Below, one piece after another: positions 12,380 to 27,562 of a DNA stretch of 64,000 bases (within the stretch, counting starts at the first letter, position 1; every line of letters starts with the position of its first letter). Under the pieces are notes generated by a model. That model made no database searches. It was not told where the DNA came from and saw only the letters and a program-made list of their open reading frames with translations. The position numbers and the translations under genes were made by a program. Origin of the DNA: Octopus sinensis (taxonomy: Eukaryota); contig NC_042999.1 of assembly GCF_006345805.1 (NCBI RefSeq), positions 42,160,001-42,224,000 of the forward strand, in the 5' to 3' direction.

Positions 12380-13000
12380 GCTGGCATTAGAAAGACGGGT
12401 TCAGCTTCCGGTAATTGGGTCCCTACCTATGAAGCTTATATAGGTTGAGTGAACACATCAGAAATTTGTGTCCAACGTAGTTAACTACTTTGAATTGTAG
12501 AAAAGCTGTGCTATTCTTATCAGAGTACTCTAGATATGTGAATGATTCGATACTCATCTTTGATATCTACATTACCACATTCGGGAAATCCAATCGGTAC
12601 CTGCCAGCCAGTAGGAAACGACTGAGCAGAATCGCAAGGCTGTTATACAAAGCTCTTCAATCAGCTAACCTCACACAATCCAGACGCGCATCAAAGATAG
12701 GATTCCGATTACTCACTATCATTGAGAGCGGAACATTCCAACGGAAACCTCTAGATGCACGAAGAAATATTACCGCTTCGTCCCAAACTGAGCATACACA
12801 GCGACTGTCTACAGGCACCAACTCACGCCCAGGACCACCAGTTTACCGTCCGAGTCCAGAAAGATGGACTATCCCTTGGCTCAAACCTTTCTATGCCACT
12901 ACTCTACCCATTGTTCCGCGACGAGTATGAGAAGAAAATAATTACAAAGTTACAAAAGATGGGAGTGTTTGGGAAATCCTGTTCACACACACAGAAGGAT
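12380..13000 (+). mobile_element. Penelope-like reverse transcriptase remnant
   Basis: ILIFDIYIT (motif A-like FD) and VQKDGLSLGSNLS...LFRDEYEKKII (G..MGSPLS motif B-like) in shifted frames. The YVDD motif is not recognisable in order. Confidence 0.5.
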
Positions 13001-14792
13001 CTGAGATCATTGAGCAAGCAGTCTTCTTTCCAGGATAATCCCAGACTACGTGAATTTATACACACAACTACGTAGGTAGAAATTGGAGGAGAAAAGAAAA
13101 CGAGTTATTGACCTATTTGTAGATTCTGGAGACAGGTTAACTCGAGCTCCATGAGATGTTGGTGTTTTTATTATTTTTTTTGAAAATTCTTTATGTGTCT
13201 ACTGCTGGTTCTTGGGCTGGGGCTTCCCATATCACTGTGGAAATTATTTTGTGTCTCCAACTCCAGCCCGATCAACTTCAAACTTTGTGGAATCTTGAAA
13301 AGCCGAAAGACTTTTCCCTTTCGTTCACTGCTTGCCTTTTGTGGCATCCGATATTGATTCGTGTGGTCATCAGCACAAAATTTGCGGTGAGTGTGTTTTG
13401 TTGATGCTGCTGTGTTTGTGACTGTGTGAGTACTGCTCTTGTGCGTTTCTTTTTTGTTGAGATTAGTGTTAGTGAAGCTAATATTGCAGTTATTATTTTC
13501 GAGTTATTTCTTTGGTGAGGGTCTGATAGTGTCGACGCTGTTGTGATATGTGGTTCGTTCTTTTTGGTTTACTTTTCTTTTTGTTTTTCTTGTTTGCCCC
13601 ATCTAATCACATGATGAAATTTCTACATTTTAAAGGTCTTATTTGTGGGTAGATGTAAGTATATTTTCGCATGGTCCTGACTGACTGCGTTTGAAGGTGG
13701 TGTTGATGGAGCTAGGCTGGAGATATTCCTGGATTGTGGGCCTTTTTTCTGTTGCTGCTGTTGCCTGGTCTTGCTGTCGCTGCTTGGTTGGTACTGCTGT
13801 CGTTGTTGTTGCCGCTGGTGTATTTACGTCCTCATAACTTAGCGGTTCGGCAAAAAAGACCGTTAGAATAAGTACCACTCTTACAAAAAAAAATAATAAT
13901 AATAAGTACTGCAGTCGATTTGTTCGACTAAGATTCTTCAAGTTGTTGTCCCAGCCTGGCCGCAGTCTAGTGACTGAAACAAGTAAAAGATAAAGAAAAA
14001 AATAAGAAAAATAAGCCTAGGAAATTTTGAGAGGAAGGTATTAGTCGATTTTACCGCGTCCATATTAAAAGGCTGCCCATAATGACTGAAAAAATATTTA
14101 GGACAGTATAAAGACAAAGGTCAGCAAGGATGGCCATATACACGATTAACCCTTTAGTGAATTTTCAGGTGATAGGTTTAATCTATTTATTAATCCTTCG
14201 GTTTAACTCCACTTACTGGTCCTTGTACGTCTGTATTAAGAATCCCTTTTGTTGCAATGATTCATACAGTGTCTGGTATAAGTTGCAAAGGTTTATACAG
14301 TGTCTGATGTCAGACCCTTTCTGCCTGTCTCCTATCCTAAATTTCCCCCTTTCTTCCTTAGGTTCTTCCTGCCTTACTACCTCCTTCTTTTACTCTCTTC
14401 CTCTGTTATTCCCTTACTCCATAACACCCTTACTGTCTTTTCCCGGTTTCGAAGGCCGTCGATGAATGCACAACCGTCGGCGCTGCCTTTTCTCAACTGA
14501 CAAATCGAGGAAAAGAGTCCACATGTTATTCTCTTACGAATGTACATATTTGACACTTCTTTTATATGGCTCTAAAAATATCGGGGGAATGCCTTTCCCC
14601 ATAAATAGCCACAGTCGTCGTTGACCTGAGGTTAAACCAAGCGAGGGCAACCATTTTCAAGAAGGACATCGCATGACACATAACTTATCACGCGGCTGGA
14701 TGCACTGCTAAAAAGTTTCAAGATGATTTTTTCTTTAGGTGTGCTGTGCAGAAAGACCTGCGGGCAGCCACAGTTTGCCTAAGACTGCACTA

Positions 14793-15234
14793 GGCGTAGG
14801 AGTGGCTGTGTGGTAAGTAACTTGCTTACCAGCCACATGCTTCTGGGTTCAGTCCCACTACGTGGCACCTTGGACAAGTGTCCTCTACTATAGCCTCGGG
14901 CCGACCACAGTCTTGTTAGTGGATTTGGTAGACAGAAACTGAAAGAAGCCCGTTGTATATATGTATATATATATGTGTGTGTGCGCGCGTGTGCGCGTGT
15001 GTGTGTATGTGTGTGTGTTTGTGTGTCTGTGTTTGTCCCCCCAACATCACTTCACAACCGATGCTGGTGTGTTCACGTCCCCGTCACTTAGCGGTTCGGC
15101 AAAAGAGACCGATAGAATAAGTACTAGGCTTACAAAGAATAAGTCTTGGGGTGGATTTGCTCGGCTTAAAAGGCGGTGCTCCAGCATGGCCACAGTCAAA
15201 TGACTGAAACAAGAGAAAAAGTGTAAAAGAGTAA
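14793..15234 (+). mobile_element. Full-length tRNA-derived SINE family A
   Basis: A box (tggctgtgtggtaag), B box (gggttcagtccc), body with an internal TA/TG microsatellite, and 3' tail ggcggtgctccagcatggccacagtcaaatgactgaaac plus A-rich repeats. Confidence 0.9.
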
Positions 15235-15344
15235 CAGAAACAAGGAACACCGTCATCATCATCATCGTCATCATCATTATAATCATCATCAAACTCAACA
15301 ATGCAACACAAAATATCAACCAGTCACCCTACATTAAACGAATC

Positions 15345-15415
15345 ACACATGATTATCTAGCGCCAAGGTGACGTCTTTGGTTACAAGGGTCTCGTCTTAT
15401 TTACGTATGCGCATG
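15345..15415. repeat. Interspersed repeat with a second copy in opposite orientation at 18731-18801
   Basis: acacatgattatctagcgccaaggtgacgtctttggttac...tatgcgcatg is the approximate reverse complement of 18731-18801. Confidence 0.7.
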
Positions 15416-15631
15416 TATATTCATTTTCTTTATCCATTTTATTGAATTTTATCTCCTAGTCTATCCCGTTGACATAATATATACCACATCAAAGCTTCCA
15501 CGGCTGTTTGTTAATTTGCGTGATTTATTTATTATTATTGCGACCATCTTTCACTTAAGTATATATGTGCATAAATAGATATCTATGTTTATAAACACGG
15601 TCACACACACACAAACATATATATGTACGTA

Positions 15632-15662
<31 letters not shown>

Positions 15663-15811
15663 TCATATATGTATATATATGTGTATGTATATATATATAT
15701 ATATATACCATGACCCAATCGATGAATGCATATATACATACATATATATATATATACATACACACACTCATATGTATAATATATATATATATATATATAT
15801 ACATACACACA

Positions 15812-15919
<108 letters not shown>

Positions 15920-16307
15920 GTGTGTGTGTGTGTGGTGTGTGTGTGTGTGTGTGCGTGTATGTATGTATATGTACTTGTTTTCCTCTGACTTTCCTTTCCG
16001 CTTTTGATCAGAAATAAAAGCTGTTCTTTCATAATCTGTAGTGTGCATGTGTGTATAAGTGTATGTATATATGCGTGTATGAGTGTGTGCATATATGTAT
16101 GCGTGTGCATGTATCCGTATCTGTGTGCTCGAGTGCGTTACGCAATTGATAAATGTTTCTTCCTCGACGGTTAATATTAAATCGATACGTACGTCATCTT
16201 AAGGAAAATTGATTTAACGGTTATTCTCAATATATTTTGTTTTATTTTCCATTGATGTGGTTACTTGTCGTGTGTTATTATTTTTCGATTGTTTTCAATA
16301 ATAAACG

Positions 16308-16340
<33 letters not shown>

Positions 16341-16408
16341 TATCATCACTATCACTATCATTATTATCATCATCATCATCATCATTATGATTATTATTAT
16401 GATTATTA

Positions 16409-16473
<65 letters not shown>

Positions 16474-16552
16474 ATTAAACTGGCGAACTGGCATGACCGT
16501 TACTGCGCCGGACAAAATGCTTATTGGAATATCTTCCTATAAGCATCATATT

Positions 16553-16765
16553 CTTTTCTACTCTAGACACAAGGCCCGAAATGCGGGGGGAGGGGGCCAG
16601 TCGATTAGACCGACCCCAGTACGCAACAGGTACTTCATTAATCGACCATGAAAGGATGAAAAGGTAAAGTCGACCTCGGCGGAATTTGAACTCAGAACAT
16701 AAAGACAGACAAAATACCGCTAAACATCTCGCCCGGTGTGCTAACGATTCTGCCAGCTCGCCGCC
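16553..16765 (-). mobile_element. Full-length SINE family B (tail variant 2) with TSD
   Basis: Head ggcggcgagctggcagaatcgttagc with B box gagttcaaattcc. TSD ataagcatca(t/c)att at 16539-16552 and 16766-16779. Confidence 0.9.
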
Positions 16766-16963
16766 ATAAGCATCACATTGCCGCAGCAGAGCTCATTGGC
16801 CTCAGCTGAGCACTGGGGTCAATGTAATCACCAAGCACCCCCAGCCCTTAAAATATCAGATTTTGCACTATAGCTGAAAGGATTTGTATTATTTTTAGAG
16901 CAGCGTACTGTTAAAATCACTAAACTGTCTAAGAAAATGCTTTGTGTTATTTGTTCGAGTTCA

Positions 16964-17361
16964 CTTACTCTTTTACTCTTTTACTTGCTTCAGTCATTTG
17001 ACTGCAGCCATGCTGGAGCACTGCCTTTAGTCGAGCAAATCGATCCGAGGACTTATTCTTCGTAAGCCTAGTACTTATTCTATCGGTGTCTTTTGCCGAA
17101 CGGCTAAGTTACGGGGACCTAAACACACCAGTATCGGTTGTCAAACGATGTTGGAGGGACAAACACAAACATACACACACATACATATATATATATACAT
17201 ATATACAATGGGCTTTTTTCAGTTTCCGTCCACCAAATCCACTCAAGGCTTTGGTCGGCCCGAGGCTATAGTAGAAGACTCTTGCCTAAGGTGCCCTGTA
17301 GTGGGACTGAACATAGAACCATCTGGTTGGTAAGCAAGATACTTACCACACAGCCACTCCT
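16964..17361 (-). mobile_element. Full-length SINE family A
   Basis: Same head, body and tail as 14793-15234, in reverse. Confidence 0.9.
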
Positions 17362-18009
17362 GGGTTCTTTACATTCTGAGTTCAAATGTCAGCCGAATTT
17401 GCTTTGATAATTCATCCTTTCAGGGTCGATGGAACAAGCACCAGTCAAGCACAAGGATGGACGAAATAGGTTAGACCCCGCCTTGCACCAACAATAGAGT
17501 GCTAGGGGGAAAAAAACCATCTTGTCCAGTTTAGTCCCTTTTAATCAAGATCCTGCCGGTTTAAGAGGGAATAGGGCAGAAATTGCGCAGGAGAAACCAT
17601 TCAAGAAACAGTACAATGATGGGAAATGAGGAGAAAAAAGGCAGGCGGTCAAAGACAAGGAAAGTGCAACACCGGAGAGCGGAGGTATGATTGCTATTAC
17701 AGCACCGAAGTGTGCATTGTTGACAACGTGTAAGGCGTTAGCGTACGGCGCAAATTGAAGGGCCATTAGTTGAGTCTCAGTGATAAAGTTGTGATGATGT
17801 CTACAGATGCGGCGAAATTGTATGGATATTGATTGGGGGGTTGAAAAATTTGCAACGGTTGGTAGACGTGAAGCGCAGCGTTACAATTTATGAACTTGTA
17901 AACCAAAACTTATTATATTATCACTGTATTAAGTTCTTCTGTACTTCTTTCATACATACATGACTTTCTGTTCATGTATATATGTTTATATATATATATA
18001 TATACATGT

Positions 18010-18042
<33 letters not shown>

Positions 18043-18089
18043 GTATATGTATATATATATGTATATATATATATGTGTATATATATCTG

Positions 18090-18123
<34 letters not shown>

Positions 18124-18169
18124 ATATATATAGATAGATATATATATATATAGATATATATATATATTG

Positions 18170-18382
18170 AGTGAAAACACCTTAAGTTCCAGGAGGCTCC
18201 GGCAGGGGTGGTGGCGATCCCTGCTGCCCTCTTTCGCCACAACTTTCTCTCACTATTTTTTCTGTTGGCCTGCTCGCTTAGCCAGCAGGGTGGCGTGCGT
18301 CATTTGAAGGCTAAAACAATGCGAAGCGCATTGTGACCACCGATGTGTAGCAACATCTGATAGCCTGGTCGGTCACGGTGAT
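18170..18382 (+). mobile_element. SINE family C, 5'-truncated, alternative 3' tail
   Basis: Shares aaaacacc...gaggctccggcaggg...gatccctgctg...ctctttc.ccacaactttctctcact with 39308-39688, then diverges into a different tail. Confidence 0.75.
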
Positions 18383-18439
18383 AAATATATGTATATATAT
18401 ATAAGTACATATTTATACACAAACACACATACACACACA

Positions 18440-18536
<97 letters not shown>

Positions 18537-18832
18537 ATACATATATGTATGTATACCTATACATATATGTATATTTACAAATAAACAAACTGAAAGCCGA
18601 GGAGGCTTTGATGTGGTTTATATTATGTCAACGGAATTGACTGGATGATAAAGTTCAATAAGAAAAAAATAAGAAAGAAAATCACGCACAACAGCCATTA
18701 AATTTGAATATGCATGCGCATGGGCATACGCATGCGCATACGCAAATAGCATGAGCCTCTAGTAACCAAGGACGTCACCTTGGAGCTAGATAATTATGTG
18801 TAATGCATTTAATGTATATATACACATATACT

Positions 18833-18897
<65 letters not shown>

Positions 18898-19356
18898 TTA
18901 AATAATAAGGATAAAAAGTTGATATTAATTTCATTAATAACAATTTAAAACAGTGGCTTAGCATATTGAAAAGAATCTGAAGTTTCAGAAAAAATTATAC
19001 TACTTACATATAAGAGGGACATCCAATATGCTAAATGTAGACTCAATATGGTCTGACCACTAAGAAAGAATTGTTCTCAATATATGTGTATATATATGTA
19101 CGTATATATATACATATATATATGTGTATATATGTGCGTATATATTCATATATATGTGTATAATGTACGTATATATTCATATATATATATATGTGTGTGT
19201 GTGTGTATATATGTACGTATATATATGTGTGTTAGTGTATGTGTGCGTGTATCCAATTTATCTCCGACAAGAAACATCTTATATATACATATATATGTGT
19301 GTGTATGTGTGTGTTTGTGTAAAATCAAAATAAGCAATAAGGATATCCAGAGGTAA

Positions 19357-19443
19357 TGCAATACGATCGTTTCATGCAATTCCATTTAATTGAACAATGC
19401 AATCATTACATCAACTTGAAAAGTAGAGCAATCTTCAGCTGTA
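19357..19443 (-). ncRNA. Type I hammerhead ribozyme motif (left arm)
   Basis: CUGAAGA-UUGC...GCAU-GAAA-C-GAUC-GUA. Stem III is the palindrome ACGATCGT; stem I (UACAG/UUGCA) is partly decayed. Confidence 0.7.
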
Positions 19444-20011
19444 CAAAGACATACAATTTAGTTAAATTTCTATCCTTTTGTTACAATATTCTTCTTAATA
19501 ATCTTTTGAATAACCCTAAACTTTCACTGAATACAATATAGCAAATATTGTTTTAAAGTATTTAACTACAGTGCTACATGATAAGATTTCCCCCTCTTTT
19601 GTTTCATTATCAATAGTCTGCTAATGGGCGATCCTTTAATTATCAGATAACATCTTGTTATAAGTTTTCCCTTACTAAACCTCATGACATTGCTTGTAAT
19701 ATATCTTGATTTTTATGACTTCACCATGTAGAATGTCTGTCTACTCCCTCAAACCTACCCATAACAGATACTATCCTCTGTTTCTCTCAGTCATAAATAT
19801 ACATGGGATTTGATAAACTAATCGATAAATTAAAAATGACCCCATAAAAAAAAATCAGTGACAGGTAGCGTCTTCTTGAAAATTTTAGATACGACTATAC
19901 TGTTGTAGGTACAACATGTCCTTTGTTTATCTCCTTAACTTCTTGGAGATTTTAGGTATAATTATACTAATGTGTCCATCTGTTCTAATGTAACTAAATT
20001 CTATGTCTTTG

Positions 20012-20098
20012 TGCGGCTGAAGATTGCCCTACATTTTAAATTAATGTAATGATTGCATTCTTCAATTAATCGGAATTGCATGAAGCAATCGTACCGCA
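20012..20098 (+). ncRNA. Type I hammerhead ribozyme motif (right arm, A15.1G)
   Basis: Perfect stem I UGCGG/CCGCA, CUGAAGA, stem II UUGC/GCAU, GAAG instead of GAAA, and GUA cleavage triplet. Confidence 0.65.
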
Positions 20099-20247
20099 TT
20101 ACCTCTGGACATTCTTGTTGCTTATTTTGATTTTAATCATATTATTTTGAAATTGTATGGGTAATACCGTACTAAATTCTGGGGCCTCAACTTAAGTACC
20201 ATATTCATCAGGATCTAAATTTTTGCTACTCATCTACCATACCTAAA

Positions 20248-20295
<48 letters not shown>

Positions 20296-20457
20296 ATATA
20301 CACACCTATGCAGTAGATTATCCCGTGGTGGATCCTGCAGTATTACGGCGTTTCTATAATACATTCTCGTTAAGTAGGATATAGAGGTCGCCACTCGCTA
20401 TTCGTTAACAATACTGCGTCTGTTGCTAATAACATATATATTTGTGTGTGTGAGTGA

Positions 20458-20490
<33 letters not shown>

Positions 20491-20509
20491 TGTGTGTGCG
20501 TGTGTGTGT

Positions 20510-20549
<40 letters not shown>

Positions 20550-21214
20550 TGCGTGTGCGTGTGTGTGTGTGTGTGTCAAATTTGCTGAAATACTGCAGTT
20601 CATCTAAATAATGTTTCTGACAATGGTGAGATCCTACTTGTATCTGTCATCTATTACAAACCGAATGAGCGTGTCAGTACCTTCTGGAGATATATCATTC
20701 ATAGCCGAAAACTATCTGTAAATTGCATTATGTTTGGTGAAGCCAGATAAGCAGAGCACGGTAAAAATAGCCTTAAGAAACACACACACACACACACAGA
20801 GATAAACAAAAACACACACGTATGTGTGTGTTTATATATATATGGTACCTCCATATATATATAACTCTAATATAGTAACTTCATATATGGCTGTGTGTGT
20901 CTGTGTCTGTGTCTGTGTGTATGGCTTCATATCATAGAACTGTTCTATAAGTTAGTATTTAAGGATAATGATTTTGATTGGTTGATTTTCATCTACGCAG
21001 CGAAACTGAACTATCGTTTCTACAGAAATGATGCGGAATGGAATTGATTCCTAAGGAAGAAATCTTGACTCTGAAATTTAGTGATGAAAACTGTAAAGGC
21101 TTTTCATTTACATATTCCGTGTTCTTTGATTGCTTTTCTATATTCATTGAAATCTTTCTAGTTCTAGTTCTGGCCTTTATTTCTTCCTGCCATATGTATG
21201 TGTATGTATATATA

Positions 21215-21300
<86 letters not shown>

Positions 21301-21392
21301 CATATATACATATATGTATGTGTATATGTGAGTCTGTGTGTGTGTTTATATATGTATATATATGTATATGTATATATAAATCTGTGTGTATA

Positions 21393-21443
<51 letters not shown>

Positions 21444-22400
21444 TGAGAGAGAGCTACATACATATATATTTTATATTTGTATATAATGCATATATATATA
21501 TATATGTATGTGTGTATGTACGTACGTACTTATGTATGTATGTATATACGTATGTATGTATTTATGTATGTATGTATGTATGTATGTATGTATGTATACA
21601 TGTATGTATGTATACATGTTTGTATGTATCTAATTTTATTCTTGTTGCTTCAGTTGCGATTAAATACATGTAATTCATTTTTAGAAACATTTATGTACTG
21701 ACGTCAATTGCAGACATACAAACACACGTGCCAGCTTCATGCATATATTCTCATTAAAATCGTCAATAAAATGCGCCATAACACGTTCTACGTTCTGCAA
21801 AGTGAACGTACAGAACACTCCCCACAATGTCAACCCTGATTTAACGTTATTCCTTCTCATAAAATACAAAAGTACAACGATTAAAGTTTAAAAGAAAAAA
21901 GAAGCATTTGAGACCTGAATGAGTCAGAAAATATATTTAATACTATATAACATAACTGTTTTTTGTTTTGTTTTGTTTTATTCTATAAATCCAACAAGGT
22001 TGTAATGGCGTAGGTTTTCAGTCTAAGTTCTGACATTTCATTTTTATTTTTCTCTAATTGTTACGTATCAAGGAATATATTATCTAATATGTCCTTCAGT
22101 TTTGGCGTAATAAAGTGTGATTTGAGGAAGATTGGCTGATATTTCTAACAAATCAAGCGACCGCATAATAGCGCTTTCTCTGACTCATGTAATATTTTCG
22201 TAAAATCTGAGGATATAGTAGCGCAAATAAACATATTGTTAACAATATTAATTGTTACAAGGCAGCGAGCTGGCGGTATGGTTGGCAAACTAGATATAAT
22301 ACTTAGCGGCATTTCGTCCCTTATCACGTCATATGGCGGTGAGCTGGCTGAATAATTAGCACGCCCAGCAAAATGCTTTGCGGTATTCCACTTGTATTTG

Positions 22401-22591
22401 CTTTTATCCTTTTACTTGTTTCACTCATTTGACTGCGGTCATGCTGAAGCACCAACTTTAGTCGAAGAAATCGACCCCAGGACTTATCCTTTGTAAGCCT
22501 ACTAATTCTATCGGTTTCTTTTTTCGAGGACGCAAACACACCATCATCGGTTGGCATGCGATGGTGGGGGTCGACAAACAGAGACACACAA

Positions 22592-22623
<32 letters not shown>

Positions 22624-22785
22624 CGACGGACTTCTTACAGTTTCCGTCTACCAAATCCACTCACAAGGTCTTAGTCGGCCCGAGGCTATAGCAGAAGACA
22701 CTTACCCAAAGTGCCACGCAGTGGGACTGGGCCCGAAACTATGTGGTTGGGAAGCAAGCTTCTTACTACACAGCCACGCCTGCGC
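22401..22785 (-). mobile_element. SINE family A
   Basis: Head, body with internal (TA)n, and tail all recognisable; abuts a family B copy at about 22786-22925. Confidence 0.85.
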
Positions 22786-23239
22786 TTCTTCATGTTCTGA
22801 GTTCAAATTTCTCCAAGGCCGACTTTGCATTTTATCCTTTCGGGGTCGATGAAATAAGTACCAGTCGAGTACTAGGGTCGTTGTAATAGATATACTCCTA
22901 CCTTTAAAATGCTGGCCTTGTGCTAAAATTTGAAATCAGGTAAAGGATGGTGACTGATAGAATCGTTATAGAGTCGGACACAATGATTTCCTCTATTTCT
23001 ACAAACTCTTTACGTTTTCAGTTCAAATCTCGGGAACGTCTACTATTAGCCCTCCAAGATCAATAAAATGAAATACCAGTGAAACCTCGATGCCGATAGC
23101 ATTTACTAATCCCCTATCCTCAAATATGCTGGCCGTATGCCTCAGAAATGAGCACATTTTCAAGTAAGGAAAAAACTTCTCACCACACAGCCACGCCTCC
23201 GCCTATATGTATATATATTGTATATATATACTCATGTAC

Positions 23240-23560
23240 AGCTAGCTTGACAGTGGGCACAGAACTGCAGGTCGACCATGGCTCAGATATAAGGATAAGC
23301 TGAAGAGTAACTTTTCAGCAATCAATATAGCACACAACATCGAGTAAGCAGCCTTAGAGAGAACAAAATGGAAATCGTCGTGTCAAAATGGTGTAAGAGA
23401 CTTCGCTTCAACCAAAATTAAGGCAAAGGAGAAAAGCGGGTGCAAGTATGCTGCCTGCACTGACTCGTAATCCTCAAACTTGCAACATCAGCGGGTTTCT
23501 TTGCAAATGGTAGACAGGACTCAAATGTCACATTCGACATAAGCATTATGAGTGACAAAG
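23240..23560 (+). mobile_element. RTE-clade LINE 3' end remnant
   Basis: LDSGHRTAGRPWLRYKDKLKSN...AALERTKWKSSCQNGV matches the RTE/BovB C-terminal GRP..RYKD..K and W...C..GV motifs. Confidence 0.8.
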
Positions 23561-23892
23561 AAAGTGTAAGTTATCGGATCTTCATATGTTAAATCTGACG
23601 GGAGGGTCCATCAAATATAAGTTAATCGGCACATACACAGCTGAGCTGCTTTGATAACGCAGAAATATTATTTAGATGAACTGCAGTATTTTAGCAAATA
23701 TTACACACACACACATAGCACACTATCAAAGCAACTAACTTGAGGACTTATCGGTAGACAACTGCTTCTGGATCATATTCATGGAATTGTACGATATGGA
23801 AACCGCAACAACTGTTACCACTGTAGAGAAAGAACTGTTTTACAATTGAAGCTTGTTCGTTGCTTTGTCTTGGTTTATGAAATTTATACATA

Positions 23893-24360
23893 GGCGCAGG
23901 AGTGGCTGTGTGGTAAGTAGCTTGCTAACCAGCCACATGGTCCCGGGTTCAGTCCCACTGCGTGGCATCTTGGGCAAGTGTCTTCTGCTATAGCCCCGGG
24001 CCGACCAATGCCTTGTGAGTGGATTTGGTAGACGGAAACTGAAAGAAGCCTGTCGTATATATGTATGATGTATATATATATGTATATATATATATATATT
24101 ATATATATATATATATGGGTGTGTGTGTATGTGTGTGTGTGTATGTGTTTGTGTGTCTGTGTTTGTCCCCCTAGCATTGCTTGACAACCGATGCTGGTGT
24201 GTTTACGTCCCCATCACTTAGCGGTTCGGCAAAAGACACCGATAGAATAAGTACTGGGCTTACAAAGAATAAGTCCCGGGGTCGATTTGCTCGACTAAAG
24301 GCGGTGCTCCAGCATGGCCGCAGTCAAATGACTGAAACAAGTAAAAGAGTAAAGAGAGTA
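23893..24360 (+). mobile_element. Full-length SINE family A
   Basis: ggcgcaggagtggctgtgtggtaag head through the gactgaaacaagtaaaagag tail. Confidence 0.92.
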
Positions 24361-26346
24361 ATTATATGCGTGGGTGTTTGTCTTCCCAACACTCTTGGAC
24401 AGGCAGTGTTGGTTTGGTCACATACCCATCATTTCGCAGTTCGGTCAGAAAATAGAAACCTATAGAGCATGTACCACCCTTTGAAAATTTCCGCTGATGA
24501 TGATTTAGACTAATCAGTTAGACGCAGTGCTTCAGCATGGCTAAAATCCAAAGACTAAAACCAGTAATATAGCAAAAATGTAAAGAACCAATTGTTTAAT
24601 ACTTCCGTATTTCATTCGACAGGGCACTTTACATTTTGGAAATAGTTTCGGAATTGATATTATCAAGTGTGTGTCTTTGATGATCGTTTAAGTTGTTTTT
24701 CGTTACTGATCTTGCTGTTTGCATGTGGGATTGTGTTTGCGTGTGGATTTGTGCTTCATTCAGAATGGATTTTCTGAATATTGTTGTTCTTTAAATATTT
24801 TTACTCCATAGTGATGGAACCAGTCATTATTTTTTGTTCCCCATGAAGAGAAATGCATTCTTCATTCTCTCGATTTTCTTTCTAGAATTGTATGGTGTTG
24901 AGAAATAAATTCTCCCACAGCCTTGTCAAGTAGTTTCACCTCCATCAATTATTTTTAGAATTTTCCCCTTATGACTGGGCCCTCTCTCATAAGAGTTTTA
25001 TCTCTATTTTGAAGTTGTCTGGGATCATTGCTCCCTATGTTTCCTCTACTGGTCAGGTTTAGTTGTGATAGCTTTTACATGCAGTATCTTGGAAAAAAAC
25101 ACAGGGAGTCGAGTTGAAGTTTCTGCTCGATTATCTTAATATTATATTCCAAAAGTGAATTTATGGTTTGTGCAAATCTTGGTCCAGATTTGGAGTAAAA
25201 TTTCTTAAGAGAAGAAGGTTGTTGTAAATTAATCTTGTCGTTTTCTGCCTCAGACTCCGGGTTTTGTTCTAATTTCCACAGCAGGGACGTCTCAAATAAA
25301 TTAACATTTTTTTTCTGTGATTTGACCAAATTCCATTTGTAGTGATCTTCCGTCTTCCGGGCTGATTTCTCTGGAGTAGCAGCATGCCTCATTGAATTTA
25401 TCTGTTAAAAATGTAAGCTTCGAGTTGGTTTCCTTGAAGTCTCACAAGATTTCGTCAGTTGTAGCTTTCTATTATCAGTTATGTTAGAGGGGCATTTTCG
25501 TTCCTTGCATAGCAGATAGATATAGAGAAAAGAGGTTTATTCACTCACAGGAAAAAAAAATATAGAAGAGTTGGTTTGAGATTGAATATGCAAAAGAGTC
25601 TTCAATCAAAATTTGAACTTATATTTCAAAAATCAATTTCAGCTTAAAATAGTACAAGTTTTCGCCAGCAAAACCAAAGATGATGAATTCTCCTCCATGT
25701 ACTACGACAAAAGTTGTAAAAAAAACTCTTTTTTCGTTTCTCTCAACTTTTCTTATTTTTTAAAACTTCATCGAATCTCATTGTTAATATAGCTTATTTC
25801 TTCGAAACTTACTGAATTCTCAGTCATGATTCTTCTTATAAAATTCATCGAACATTTGAATTTTTATTATTTCTTATTGCTGTGAAATTTATTGACTATT
25901 TGAATTTGAATGAACGTTTGGTTTTTTTAAGCATGTGTTATCGAATCTTCTCATGTAATTTCAGTTTCTGTTAACCGTTTTTTATTTACCATTCCAAAAC
26001 AAAAAATTGTTGAAACTGGAAGGCATTTTAATAAATTTGTCAAAAATTTTAATGCTTGCAATTCACTTTTAGACTTTGGTTCAAACTTAAACATAAAACT
26101 AATTCTATATACTTTACTGTTAGAAATAAATTTCTCTCTTTCCTACACATTCTCTCTCTCTCTATCTATATATATATATATATATATCTCCATCTATCTT
26201 TCTATCTATCTCTATCTATCTATCTATCTATCTATCTCTCTATCTCTACATATATATATATATACATACATGCATACATACATACATACACACAGAGATA
26301 TGTATATGTGTGTGTCTGTGTGTATGGAGGAGACTATGCAGGTATG

Positions 26347-26402
<56 letters not shown>

Positions 26403-26821
26403 CTAGGCACGTGCCGTCAGTAATTACTCAGGGTATATATTTGGCGACATTTATGAAGTAAAACTCACAAAAAAATAAGCGAAACACAGAGGCGTGACTG
26501 CGTTGAAGGGAGATCAATTTCTGCCGTTATAGTACGTAAAGAAAACGGTGTTGTAGAAATGTACGCAGCACGTGTACTACAGCAGTACTATGCGTAGCTT
26601 AAATACTGATATTGAAAAGCAGGGGCGAAGTATGCCTACCTAATCTACAAAAAAAGTAAAATATTTGGCATTTTATGTATAGTAATCCGACCAACCTTCA
26701 TAATTTTATTGAAATAGGTGCATATTTTGCCATGAGAGGAAAATGTTGCTATCGATCTATTCTAGGTGGATCGTGCATGATGTGTACATATGGATAGACA
26801 GACAGATAGACAGACAGACAG

Positions 26822-27562
<741 letters not shown>

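Larger units (their letters stand above)
19320..20135. mobile_element. Inverted-repeat element: about 150-bp diverged arms around a 520-bp core
   Basis: 19320-19470 is the reverse complement of about 19990-20135 with many substitutions. The core carries degenerate R4-like RT motifs (ISP...; TDTILCFSQS*IYMGFDK). Confidence 0.85.

Noticed and set aside
25075-25392. 105-aa non-repetitive ORF on the minus strand
   Set aside because: No recognisable motif or splice context; probably a decayed retroelement, and cannot be assigned.
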